A stretch of 64,000 nt of DNA from an uncultured Candidatus Poseidoniales archaeon. Its GTDB lineage: Archaea > Thermoplasmatota > Poseidoniia > Poseidoniales > Poseidoniaceae. The stretch lies in the NCBI GenBank assembly GCA_902563095.1, contig CACEWA010000003.1:1372-65371 (forward strand). Reading direction: 5' to 3'. The notes under the pieces are model-generated. The model was not told where the DNA came from. It did not search any database and saw only the letters and a program-made list of their open reading frames with translations. The translations under genes were made by a program, and so were the position numbers. Below, piece by piece: positions 56,118 to 64,000 of the stretch; within the stretch, counting starts at the first letter, position 1, and each line of letters starts with the position of its first letter.

Positions 56118-56906
56118 TCATCTCTTGTAGTTGAGGTTGTAGGAATCTGTGCGCTTGTAACTTGTATCCAGTTGTGCTTTTCGCTCTTCGATTGCAGCTT
56201 GAGTTAGAATATCGGGCTCGAAATATCGGCCTCTTCCATGCTTGTCATCAGCGATTCTTTGCTGCTTTTCAACCTCTTTTTGCAACTCTTTTTCATCCTT
56301 TATTGCAGATTGATTTTTGACCATACTTCTCTGAATCAAAACCGAGTTAAGGAATAATGCAAGCCCGACCATTTGGAAAGTAGGAGTCATGATGCTTATC
56401 TCAGAAGGAATCTCTCCATTCATCACAAGATACCCATAAATGACCATCAGAGAGCCAAGCGCTGCTGAGCCAAACAGGTAGAGATTCTTACGCATATAGC
56501 GATTGATTAGGAAGGAAACACCAACTAGGATCCCTCCGATTAATTCGGTGCCAACATCATATCCATTCGCTTCGAGCATCGACACAATCCACAACATCGT
56601 TTGTAGTGAGATGTATCCTGTGACTGCCAGAGACATCAGGCCAACAGCCATGAACATTACAACACCACATGCGAAGGTTACTGCAAGAGTGAAGTCTCCT
56701 TCAGAGAATGAGGTTAAACCGCCTATTTCATCGAAAAGAAATGTGCTGCTCAATTGACCTATTGCGCACCCGGTTAGGAATGACAGAATTTTGATTTTGG
56801 TAGCGCCTTTGAACATTAGAAATAATCCGACGCAAAGAAGTGCTATTCCAAATGTAGGACCAGCCCATGAATCGAAGCGAGTCCAGAATTCACCGCTTAC
56901 GTCCAT
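56118..56906 (-). CDS. Polytopic membrane protein with a charged C-terminal tail
   Basis: 262 aa with about 6 hydrophobic segments, followed by a Lys/Glu-rich region. Confidence 0.6.
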   Translation of the reverse strand: MDVSGEFWTRFDSWAGPTFGIALLCVGLFLMFKGATKIKILSFLTGCAIGQLSSTFLFDEIGGLTSFSEGDFTLAVTFACGVVMFMAVGLMSLAVTGYISLQTMLWIVSMLEANGYDVGTELIGGILVGVSFLINRYMRKNLYLFGSAALGSLMVIYGYLVMNGEIPSEISIMTPTFQMVGLALFLNSVLIQRSMVKNQSAIKDEKELQKEVEKQQRIADDKHGRGRYFEPDILTQAAIEERKAQLDTSYKRTDSYNLNYKR

Positions 56907-56967
56907 ATGTTGCCCTAATACAATTAGGCTACAATCGTTTTTGTTGGTTTTGGAAAAATCTGGTTGG

Positions 56968-58098
56968 TTACATCATCCAGAAACTCAATCCTAGAATCGT
57001 GTAGCAAGCAAGAAGCATCGCACCTTCTAGCCAATTAGTTGTACCATCCCTAAGAATAGAGTTAGCAACCAAGACAGATAGGAATGTTGCCGCAGTTTCC
57101 AATGGACCGAATTCAAGTGAGAGGTCTACACCCATCGCCCAGGCAAAGACTACCATTAGTGGAGCGACGAATACCGCTATCTGTACGCTAGAACCGATAG
57201 CGATTGCCAAGGATAAATCCATCTTGTCCTTACCTGCAACGATTACTGCTGTGAAATGTTCTGCAGCATTACCAAAGAACGGTAGTAGAATTACACCGAT
57301 AAACAGTGTAGGCATCTTCAATTCAGCTGCTGCGGAATCGATTGAATGTACCAAAATCTCTGCCATCCAGCCAACCAAAATAGTTGCAAGAATCAATAAT
57401 GTCCAAGCATCTTTGTTAGTCATTTTCGGGTCTTCATGGTGTGCAGATTCATCAGCAGCGAAGATGTAGGCATGCGTCTTTAGTTGGAATAGCAAAGCGA
57501 GCCCATACATCACTAGTAGGACAATAGCTGCATATCGAGAGAGTTGCACTATACTATCGAATCCACCGCCGCCTAGATTTACTGCTGCTGGGATCATCAT
57601 TGCTAGAACTGCAATCAATAGCAATGAACCACTCATGCTTTGTGCGGATTGATTGAAATTCTGCCTTTGGTGGTTTATGCCACCCCATAGTAATGCCAGA
57701 CCTAATACCAACAGAAGATTGCCTAGAATACTACCAACTAAGCTTGCTTGTACCACGATTATCATTGTCTCGGCTTGGTCAGCATTTGTTGCTGCAGTGT
57801 AAATCGCTAATCCTGCAATGATGATTTCTACTGCATTACCGAATGTAGCATTGAGCAAACCTCCTAGAGATTCACTTGTGCGTAATGCGATTTCTTCTGT
57901 AGCATGTCCCATCAAAAGTGCAAGAGGCATTATTGCAATCATAGAGAATACGAAACTCATTCCGGTATCGTGTGCTATCATTGAGAAATAAACAGTAATT
58001 GGGACTGCAATAAGTAGCCAATTCAACTTACTCTCACTTGGACTGAACGCCTGTAAAACCCCAATTTTGGAGGTTTCTGACTCTGAAATATCAATCAA
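56968..58098 (-). CDS. Ca2+/H+ antiporter (CaCA/CAX family)
   Basis: 376 aa. Two alpha-repeat signatures, GNAVEIIIA and GNAAEHFTAV, in a protein of about 11 TM segments. Confidence 0.9.
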   Translation of the reverse strand: MIDISESETSKIGVLQAFSPSESKLNWLLIAVPITVYFSMIAHDTGMSFVFSMIAIMPLALLMGHATEEIALRTSESLGGLLNATFGNAVEIIIAGLAIYTAATNADQAETMIIVVQASLVGSILGNLLLVLGLALLWGGINHQRQNFNQSAQSMSGSLLLIAVLAMMIPAAVNLGGGGFDSIVQLSRYAAIVLLVMYGLALLFQLKTHAYIFAADESAHHEDPKMTNKDAWTLLILATILVGWMAEILVHSIDSAAAELKMPTLFIGVILLPFFGNAAEHFTAVIVAGKDKMDLSLAIAIGSSVQIAVFVAPLMVVFAWAMGVDLSLEFGPLETAATFLSVLVANSILRDGTTNWLEGAMLLACYTILGLSFWMM

Positions 58099-61000
58099 CT
58101 CCTCTTACGTTTTGGAGCCTTTCTGCGACCTGCAGCACGACGTTTGCGCTTCTTTGGCTTTTCATCGTCGTCATCATCGTCATCGTCATCATCATCGTCA
58201 TCGGCGGCCTTCTTCTTGCGTCGCCTCTTGGTTTGTACAACATTGACTGCGAATGGATCATCCTCTTCGTCTTCAGGAGAAGCGGTTTTGATTTCAACGC
58301 TGGCTGGCGCAGTACCTGTAATTTCTGCCATATCTGGTTCAGATGATGTACCAATGAATTCACTCATCCAATCATCACCTACATCATCGTCATCGTCCTT
58401 CTTCTTCTTAGGACCTGACATCGCTGATGAAATTACAAACAATGAGACAATAACTGCAAGGAAAGATACACCTGCTGTAACCCATGCTATCATGTAAGGA
58501 GGGTCGGTTGCATTCAATTCTGGATAGACGGTTTCGGGGTCCTCTGGAACTGGATTGGAGTATTCACACACAGTTGAACCATCAGACAACCTGTGTCGAC
58601 ACCAATCGGTAACGAATTGTATCTTACTTGTACGTTCATTTCCTGCTGAATCTATCGCCTTGACTGAAACTTCATGTAATCCAGGAAGGAAGTTTCCAGA
58701 ACTAAACACCATCTCGATCGTCCAATCTCCATCATCGTTGATGGTGACTCCGCTGACATTTCTCCATGGCTCAGTTACCGATGAAGAGGTACCATAATTT
58801 TGTACGAATCTCATTTGCATTGAGACTACTGCAACGTCATCGGTTGCCCCTGCTACGATTTTGATGTCGTTTCCATACAGGTATTTTGCGCCATCATTCT
58901 CTGAAGTTGGAGAGAAAATTGTCACTTCTGGTGATTTCGCATCGATTGAGAATTCTGTGATTTCTCTGTCAACAGTGTTCAATACTAAATCGGTCAGATT
59001 GATTGAAATCATCAAATCACCAGCGACAGTGCTGGAAGAAATCGAGAATGATTGGAAGTATTCAGGGCCCTTATTTGGATTGTTTGTGTTCTGAGAAAGC
59101 AGAACCATTGCTTGCTCACTACCTCCAGTTAGAGAGCCTCCTTCAGAAGTTGTGATATTGACAATCGGGAATTCGTTCAAAGACTCTGATACTTCGACTC
59201 TCAAGGTGTATTCGCCACGAACTAGTGAATTATCAGATAATGGAATCCCATCTTCATCAGCGATGTAATAAGTGATTTCTGGTGCTTGTGTATCTTCTGT
59301 TACCATCATTGCATTTCCACCAATACCTGGTAGGATTGTTGGGTTGATATTACCAAATGAATCTGCGATGATTACTGCATACCACACGTCTCTTTGCGTG
59401 TCGACTGGCACCTGTATTTGTCTGATGATTGTAGCAAACCCATTCTCTGCAATCGGGCCTTCAATAAATTCCCATCCGGGGTCAGTATAATTTGAAATCG
59501 CAAATTCTGAATCTCCGAAAGGATCTCCAAAGTGGCGATACAAGTAGTAACTCTCTCCGACCTCATTGGAATTTTTCCATTCGAAATCAACCACTTTTAA
59601 TTCTCCAAGCATCATCAAATCATTGATAATTGCTTCAGAAGGAATCTCTGTATCCTCAATTACAGGCCCATCCCAATTCTGTACTAATTCGGTGTACATC
59701 ATTGTACCATTACATCCAGGACAATTGTATAGTGCTTCACTTGTAACGAAATAATGAGTATTAGTAGACCTGATTCCTGATGGAAGGGTCACATCAAACT
59801 GTTCAACTCCATCCGAAACACTTCCCATCCACATCAAAGATGCATTTGCAACGAACTCTGGTCCTTGAACTCTCCATGCACCTCTCCAGACGTGGTAGCG
59901 CTCTCCTTCAACACCAGCTTGGTCAGTCCAAGTTACTCTTGTAGTACTGTTGCCAATGAATTCAGCCTTGACATTGGTCGGTTCTTTGACCCAGTTCTCA
60001 TCAGAGTCTTCTTCGACAAGGTCACATGATGATGAAGAAATATCGGAGTTATAGGCCCCATATTGGTCGACAACAACAACACAGTATACGAAGTCGCCAT
60101 ATGTATTGTAAGGAATATTGTAATGGAAGACAAATGAACCATCATTATCAGTATCAGCATCTTCTGAAACGGTTGCAATCAGTTGTGCATACGGGTCGTT
60201 TGTAGAATTGAAATATTCACCATGTCGATAGATTTTGTATTCTTCATTTTCCTCAGACATCAATCCATCCCAAACGATACTTGTGTATCCAGTGCCGTTC
60301 TCATTGGGAGTGAAAATCGCTTCGACAGTATCCACATCTTCTGGCGGGGTATTATCTTCTAGCAGAGCGTTTGACATAGCGTTCCCAGATAGGAACCTAG
60401 TGTCTTCGTAATCCGAGCCATCAGCAGTCCAATTCGGTAGCAGATAAGTCACGGAATAATACACCTCACGATTTGTCATCGGAGGAACATCGAGAACGTA
60501 TTCTGATGTGGTTGAAGAGAGTGTCACTAGTTTAGTTACTCCGCTAACACCTGGCTCAAGCAATGTCTCACCATTTGATCGCTGGACCATGAAATCGGTT
60601 TGCCAGATGTTAATCTGTAGAGCATCTGCACCAGTTTCTGGTAGAACAGGGTTGATTGTATTGTAATTAATCCATTCAATTGTCGTTTGACTATTTCCAG
60701 GGTGGAAGGTCGCCTTGATGTTGAATGGAGAGCGGATTGGAGTTGTGAGTTCATGCACTGGGTCGAGCAACGAACTAGCATTGAAATCCAAAGTTGAGGT
60801 TACGGTACCATTACCAAGTTCAGTGGTAATTGCATAGAAGAAATTGCCATCGGTTCCAGCTCCAACTTGGTATGTGGCTGAGTGCCCAGGGTGGGGGTTT
60901 GAACCGCCCTGTCCTCTGCAACTGAGTGGGTTCTGGCCCACGGTTGATTTGTCACATGCAACAACAGAGTGCCATGGATTCAAGTCGCCGATATTGGCAG

Positions 61001-61283
61001 GAGTAATCGGAAGGTCGTGGCGATAGACGTGGTAAATCGCGTCCCACAACTCAGAATACAAATCTAAGTCGCCTCCTGTTTGCTCGATATTTCTCCAAGT
61101 AATTGTCGTAGTTTCACTAACATTGTCAAATGAAACCGCTATATCCTGAGCTTGTAACTCGCTCGGAGTACCTTGGTCTGCACTTACAGTTGTGAACATC
61201 GGAAGTGATGATACAAGCAATATGGAGAGGACAAAATAGGTCGTCCTGCGAGTCCCAACATTCAGCATTTCGCCAGCCATCAT
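58095..61283 (-). CDS. Large surface protein (Ig/FN3-like repeats) with a C-terminal TM anchor and a highly charged cytoplasmic tail
   Basis: Start chosen at MMAGEMLNVGTRRTTYFVLSILLVSSLPMFTTVSA (signal-like), which avoids overlap with the upstream gene. The track start is 61436. TM helix MIAWVTAGVSFLAVIVSLFVISSAM is followed by a poly-Asp and Lys/Arg tail. Confidence 0.8.
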   Translation of the reverse strand: MMAGEMLNVGTRRTTYFVLSILLVSSLPMFTTVSADQGTPSELQAQDIAVSFDNVSETTTITWRNIEQTGGDLDLYSELWDAIYHVYRHDLPITPANIGDLNPWHSVVACDKSTVGQNPLSCRGQGGSNPHPGHSATYQVGAGTDGNFFYAITTELGNGTVTSTLDFNASSLLDPVHELTTPIRSPFNIKATFHPGNSQTTIEWINYNTINPVLPETGADALQINIWQTDFMVQRSNGETLLEPGVSGVTKLVTLSSTTSEYVLDVPPMTNREVYYSVTYLLPNWTADGSDYEDTRFLSGNAMSNALLEDNTPPEDVDTVEAIFTPNENGTGYTSIVWDGLMSEENEEYKIYRHGEYFNSTNDPYAQLIATVSEDADTDNDGSFVFHYNIPYNTYGDFVYCVVVVDQYGAYNSDISSSSCDLVEEDSDENWVKEPTNVKAEFIGNSTTRVTWTDQAGVEGERYHVWRGAWRVQGPEFVANASLMWMGSVSDGVEQFDVTLPSGIRSTNTHYFVTSEALYNCPGCNGTMMYTELVQNWDGPVIEDTEIPSEAIINDLMMLGELKVVDFEWKNSNEVGESYYLYRHFGDPFGDSEFAISNYTDPGWEFIEGPIAENGFATIIRQIQVPVDTQRDVWYAVIIADSFGNINPTILPGIGGNAMMVTEDTQAPEITYYIADEDGIPLSDNSLVRGEYTLRVEVSESLNEFPIVNITTSEGGSLTGGSEQAMVLLSQNTNNPNKGPEYFQSFSISSSTVAGDLMISINLTDLVLNTVDREITEFSIDAKSPEVTIFSPTSENDGAKYLYGNDIKIVAGATDDVAVVSMQMRFVQNYGTSSSVTEPWRNVSGVTINDDGDWTIEMVFSSGNFLPGLHEVSVKAIDSAGNERTSKIQFVTDWCRHRLSDGSTVCEYSNPVPEDPETVYPELNATDPPYMIAWVTAGVSFLAVIVSLFVISSAMSGPKKKKDDDDDVGDDWMSEFIGTSSEPDMAEITGTAPASVEIKTASPEDEEDDPFAVNVVQTKRRRKKKAADDDDDDDDDDDDDEKPKKRKRRAAGRRKAPKRKRS
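58164..58202 (-). repeat. Trinucleotide (GAT/GAC)13 tract encoding a 13-residue poly-Asp run
   Basis: Read directly: atcgtcgtcatcatcgtcatcgtcatcatcatcgtcatc on the + strand. It is flanked by codons for Lys/Arg-rich segments. Confidence 0.9.
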
Positions 61284-61380
61284 TCCACTGCTTTCTGTGA
61301 TTCGGTTATGAGAGTACCGCCGTAGGCGGTGTAAACTAAGCCTAGTTTGGCAAAAAAACAAGTTTCCATCGGACTTTTCG

Positions 61381-62133
61381 TTAATCATCCATTTTTTCAT
61401 TGCCTTTCGGGGTTGATAGAGGCTTGGATTTGTCAAGAGCTTGCAGATCTGCTCGAGCCTTGAAGAATCTCACTATGAATGTGTAAATTCCACCGACTGC
61501 AGAGATTGCAATAATGAGGGAAATTGGATTGATTTCAATTCCATTCCATTCGCCCCATGAACTGCTTCCCAAATAAGTCATAACCGCTGTACCAAGTAGT
61601 GCTACGAAAGTAAGAACCATTCTATCTGCCCTACTGAATCCTCCGTAGTTTCTACTACCGGCAACCGCCTGTGCTTGAGTACCTAAATATGAACCAAACA
61701 TTGTCAGCATTGCAGCAACCCAAGCCAACTCGACGTGTCCGAACCAGACTAAGTTGTAGCCGAGAGCTAAAATCCAAACAACATCCAACACTCTATCCAA
61801 TGTATGGTCGAGATAATCTCCCCAACGAGTTACTCTTCCTGTAGCACGTGCAAGATTACCATCCAATCCATCAAGCGCCATTGCTGAAGCCATCAAGAAT
61901 GCTGCGCCAAGAAACATTAACGCCCCTTCTTGACCTGTTCCGGCTTCCATCATTAGCCATGCTGCTGCTAGGCCTGTTGGTAGTGTTAACCAAGTAAGAG
62001 TTGCAGGATTTACTCCCTCTAATTTCGATACCAATGGCTCGCTAATTTTTTTGAACAAATTGCGACCCTTTTCCAGTGCCATGAGCAGCGTCGAACGCCT
62101 AACGCCTTTGTGCCTTATGGTGATGCAAGCCAA
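61381..62133 (-). CDS. CDP-alcohol phosphatidyltransferase (archaeal polar-lipid headgroup synthase)
   Basis: DGLDGNLARATGRVTRWGDYLDHTLDRVLD matches D(x)2DG(x)2AR(x)8G(x)3D(x)3D. Multi-pass membrane protein. Confidence 0.85.
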   Translation of the reverse strand: MACITIRHKGVRRSTLLMALEKGRNLFKKISEPLVSKLEGVNPATLTWLTLPTGLAAAWLMMEAGTGQEGALMFLGAAFLMASAMALDGLDGNLARATGRVTRWGDYLDHTLDRVLDVVWILALGYNLVWFGHVELAWVAAMLTMFGSYLGTQAQAVAGSRNYGGFSRADRMVLTFVALLGTAVMTYLGSSSWGEWNGIEINPISLIIAISAVGGIYTFIVRFFKARADLQALDKSKPLSTPKGNEKMDD

Positions 62134-62606
62134 TCTAATGCCATATCTGGGGTGGTCTTTGGTGGGCAGCCACTATCAATCCATGCCTTTACTCCATCAC
62201 TACCCTCGAAAATTGGCCTTAAATCGCCAATCAAATCATTCCAAGGCCCTCCAAGCATTTCTACTTCGACATTGGCTTGGATTTTTTCAGCAGAATACCC
62301 TCTCTCCTTCAAACGGTTTCTCAATTCATCTGGATGACATCTAACCACAATCAGAGCATCGACTGGAACATGATGTGCTAAATGCCCATCGATTAGAGTC
62401 AAAACTTCTGGATGCTGCCACAATTTTGCTAACTTTTCAACATCCATTTGGGCAGCACCATCTGACTCGATTTCCCCTAAGCATGCGTTTTGCTCAGCAA
62501 TATCTCTTAGCGAAAGTACAGGAAGACCCAGATTTTGACACAACGTGGTTTTGCCACAACCAGGAGTCCCAATAACTCCTATCGAGCGCAAAGGTCGCAC
62601 TGCCAT
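62115..62606 (-). CDS. Fap7/AK6-type putative adenylate kinase/NTPase
   Basis: 163 aa. GVIGTPGCGKTTL P-loop and short length typical of the archaeal/eukaryotic AK6 family. Confidence 0.75.
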   Translation of the reverse strand: MAVRPLRSIGVIGTPGCGKTTLCQNLGLPVLSLRDIAEQNACLGEIESDGAAQMDVEKLAKLWQHPEVLTLIDGHLAHHVPVDALIVVRCHPDELRNRLKERGYSAEKIQANVEVEMLGGPWNDLIGDLRPIFEGSDGVKAWIDSGCPPKTTPDMALDWLASP

Positions 62607-62664
62607 GTGTGTGCTAAGGTAGCCAAGAGTTAAACATCATGCCCCAATAACAAGTTTGAGATTC

Positions 62665-63351
62665 ATGTTTGGTGCGGCTGATCCAGAACAGGCAATCGCC
62701 CAACTTGAAGCATATTATCGCGAAGGTCGTGGTGAAAGAGCCGAAGTTATGGCTTCAGCATTGGTTGACCAATTGATTTCTAAGAAGGATAGAGATGATA
62801 ATACGCAGGGAATACTTGTCAAAGGTTTGAGAATACTTGCAGGTGTGTTGAATAGTCGCGGAAAATACAAACGCGCTCGAACTACAATCGGCCTGTTACA
62901 TAAGCATAGAAACAAGCATGGTAAAGCGGTTGGTCACGACTTAGTCGCTGCTGCTGCCGATTACCATCTGGCAGGGTTTATCCATTCAAATGCAGGAAAA
63001 AAGGGTGCGGCTAAGAAAGCCTTTGCAAAATGCGAAAAGTTGCAACCTGGGCATTTGGCTGCAGCATTAGATGCGGCCGAGCAATGCGGTTTTTCTAAGA
63101 GATTAGCAAAATTGTATCCTTTAGCAGGCCCTGTAATCAGTAAAAATGGCACATTCATCCTAGAAATTGAAGGCAGACCCGCTGCAGACGCACGAAGAAT
63201 TGGTGCTGTTTTAGGCGGTGAAATTCAAGCGGATATCAAGCGACAAATATCTGCAATTATGGCTGGAGAACAAGCTGCAAACGCAAGACTGCAGGCTGCC
63301 GTAGATTCGCTTGTACCAACGCATGATTATCATACTTACAGTACGAACTGA
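62665..63351 (+). CDS. Hypothetical helical (TPR-like?) protein
   Basis: Ala-rich helical ORF. The ATG at 62665 was chosen over the track TTG at 62656. Confidence 0.5.
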   Translation: MFGAADPEQAIAQLEAYYREGRGERAEVMASALVDQLISKKDRDDNTQGILVKGLRILAGVLNSRGKYKRARTTIGLLHKHRNKHGKAVGHDLVAAAADYHLAGFIHSNAGKKGAAKKAFAKCEKLQPGHLAAALDAAEQCGFSKRLAKLYPLAGPVISKNGTFILEIEGRPAADARRIGAVLGGEIQADIKRQISAIMAGEQAANARLQAAVDSLVPTHDYHTYSTN

Positions 63352-63360
63352 GAGCGTAAA

Positions 63361-63438
63361 TGGTAGCGGGAGATGGATTTGAACCATCGATCTACGGGTT
63401 ATGAGCCCGTCGGTCGAACCATGCTAACCTATCCCGCT
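63361..63438 (-). tRNA. Initiator tRNA-Met (anticodon CAT), archaeal type, with encoded CCA
   Basis: Minus-strand sequence: AGCGGGATAGGTTAGCATGGTTCGACCGACGGGCTCATAACCCGTAGATCGATGGTTCAAATCCATCTCCCGCTACCA. Features: A1:U72 end pair, GGG/CCC closing the anticodon stem, GGTTCAAATCC T-arm, and a 7-bp acceptor stem. Confidence 0.9.
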
Positions 63439-63538
63439 AGCAAGCCATCGGCGACGGTCTGCATTCTTGAACCCACCGACAATAAAATCCGTCCGTAGGA
63501 CGGGAGGTTTTTGGACAAGGACCTCCTCGGCTTTAGCG

Positions 63539-64000
63539 ATGAAGGCGAATTTCCGTCTGATGGCCGTGACCCTAACACTACTGAGCGCTAGCCTTGCTGG
63601 TTGTCTTGGTGGAGATGATTCAAGCGCTGATGAATACTCTGGACCGATCAATTTGGTTGTATTCTATGACTCAACTTCTGGCATGATTGAAACCTCCGTT
63701 AACAACGGACAGCAAGGCCCTACAACCGGTGTTGAATTGTCTTTTGATTTCGCTGATTCAACATCGGAAGATGGTGCAATCACAAAAATCATGCTCGACC
63801 CTGATGATGGCTCAGACCCAGTTGAAGGAGACCCTTCAGATAATGCAGTCATTTCTTACACTTGGATGACTCATGGTGTATTCGAAATCACACTCTCTGC
63901 CGAAGATGATGGAGGCAACTCTCACAGCATCGAAGTCAGTGTCAGAATCGACATGCATATTGTTTGGACAGAATCGACCACAACATCATCTGCAATGAGT
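63539..64000 (+). CDS. Secreted/lipobox protein with a PKD-like domain, 3' end beyond the window (not in the ORF track)
   Basis: Manual translation from the ATG at 63539 is open to the window end: MKANFRLMAVTLTLLSASLAGCLGGDD... (signal plus LAGC lipobox). It continues FDFADSTSEDGAITKIMLDPDDG...ISYTWMTHGVFEITLSAEDDGGNS (PKD-like). Confidence 0.6.
   Translation, partial: MKANFRLMAVTLTLLSASLAGCLGGDDSSADEYSGPINLVVFYDSTSGMIETSVNNGQQGPTTGVELSFDFADSTSEDGAITKIMLDPDDGSDPVEGDPSDNAVISYTWMTHGVFEITLSAEDDGGNSHSIEVSVRIDMHIVWTESTTTSSAMS

Noticed and set aside
58144-58497. 117-aa ORF with a poly-Ser run
   Set aside because: It is the antisense reading of the poly-Asp/charged tail of the surface protein gene.
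63488-63512. Hairpin CCGTCC-gta-GGACGG followed by TTTTT, resembling an intrinsic terminator on the + strand
   Set aside because: No + strand gene ends nearby; the preceding + gene stops at 63351 and a minus-strand tRNA intervenes. It may belong to the 5' leader of the 63539 gene or to the tRNA promoter region. The function cannot be assigned.
63424-63651. 75-aa minus-strand ORF
   Set aside because: It overlaps the tRNA-iMet gene and lies antisense to the signal-peptide region of the 63539 gene.

Overview
The window looks like an archaeal chromosome segment. Evidence: an archaeal-type phosphoglycerate kinase, an AGCGGG initiator tRNA-Met with three G-C pairs in the anticodon stem, a Fap7/AK6-type kinase, a CDP-alcohol phosphatidyltransferase, and LAGC-lipobox or C-terminally anchored giant surface proteins. 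A marine planktonic euryarchaeote is my guess, not a result. Ordinary housekeeping genes sit at both ends. At 1-12.2 kb: katG, a peroxiredoxin, a surface adhesin, an M24 peptidase, a DNA methyltransferase and pgk. At 55.6-64 kb: a deoxyribonucleotidase, a Ca2+/H+ antiporter, a surface protein, lipid and kinase genes, and tRNA-iMet. Between about 12.2 and 55.6 kb lies a visibly more AT-rich accessory region packed with defence-type genes, interrupted only by one amidohydrolase gene (47.7-48.9 kb). Its core is a 10-gene, co-directional, partly translationally coupled array on the minus strand (34887 down to 12185). In order it encodes a prokaryotic viperin, an NMP kinase, an Smr-like protein, a 673-aa Cas10-like palm/cyclase candidate, a 1793-aa DEAH helicase ending in a DUF1998 zinc module, a PLD nuclease, a RecQ-like helicase, a DUF262 (GmrSD-like) protein, a 564-aa unknown, and a 2057-aa P-loop plus UvrD-like helicase giant. 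Other cassettes are an HNH + RecF-like ABC ATPase + degenerate paralog, a MoxR AAA+ / metallopeptidase-VWA operon with an LRR-like protein and two very basic small proteins, and an HNH + DGQHR (DndB-like) pair. Two loci together encode four CARF-like proteins: a Csa3-like one, a duplicated CARF-wHTH one, a Card1/Can2-like CARF-nuclease, and a CARF with an unknown C-terminus. I saw no CRISPR array, no other cas genes, and no integrase or transposase. The most interesting hypothesis is a CRISPR-independent cyclic-oligonucleotide network of a Cas10-like enzyme plus CARF sensors and regulators. A 14-bp palindrome, TGTAA-N4-TTACA, may tie it together: I found it perfectly conserved at four intergenic, promoter-proximal sites of the island. 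All functional calls rest on motif recognition by eye. No database search was run.
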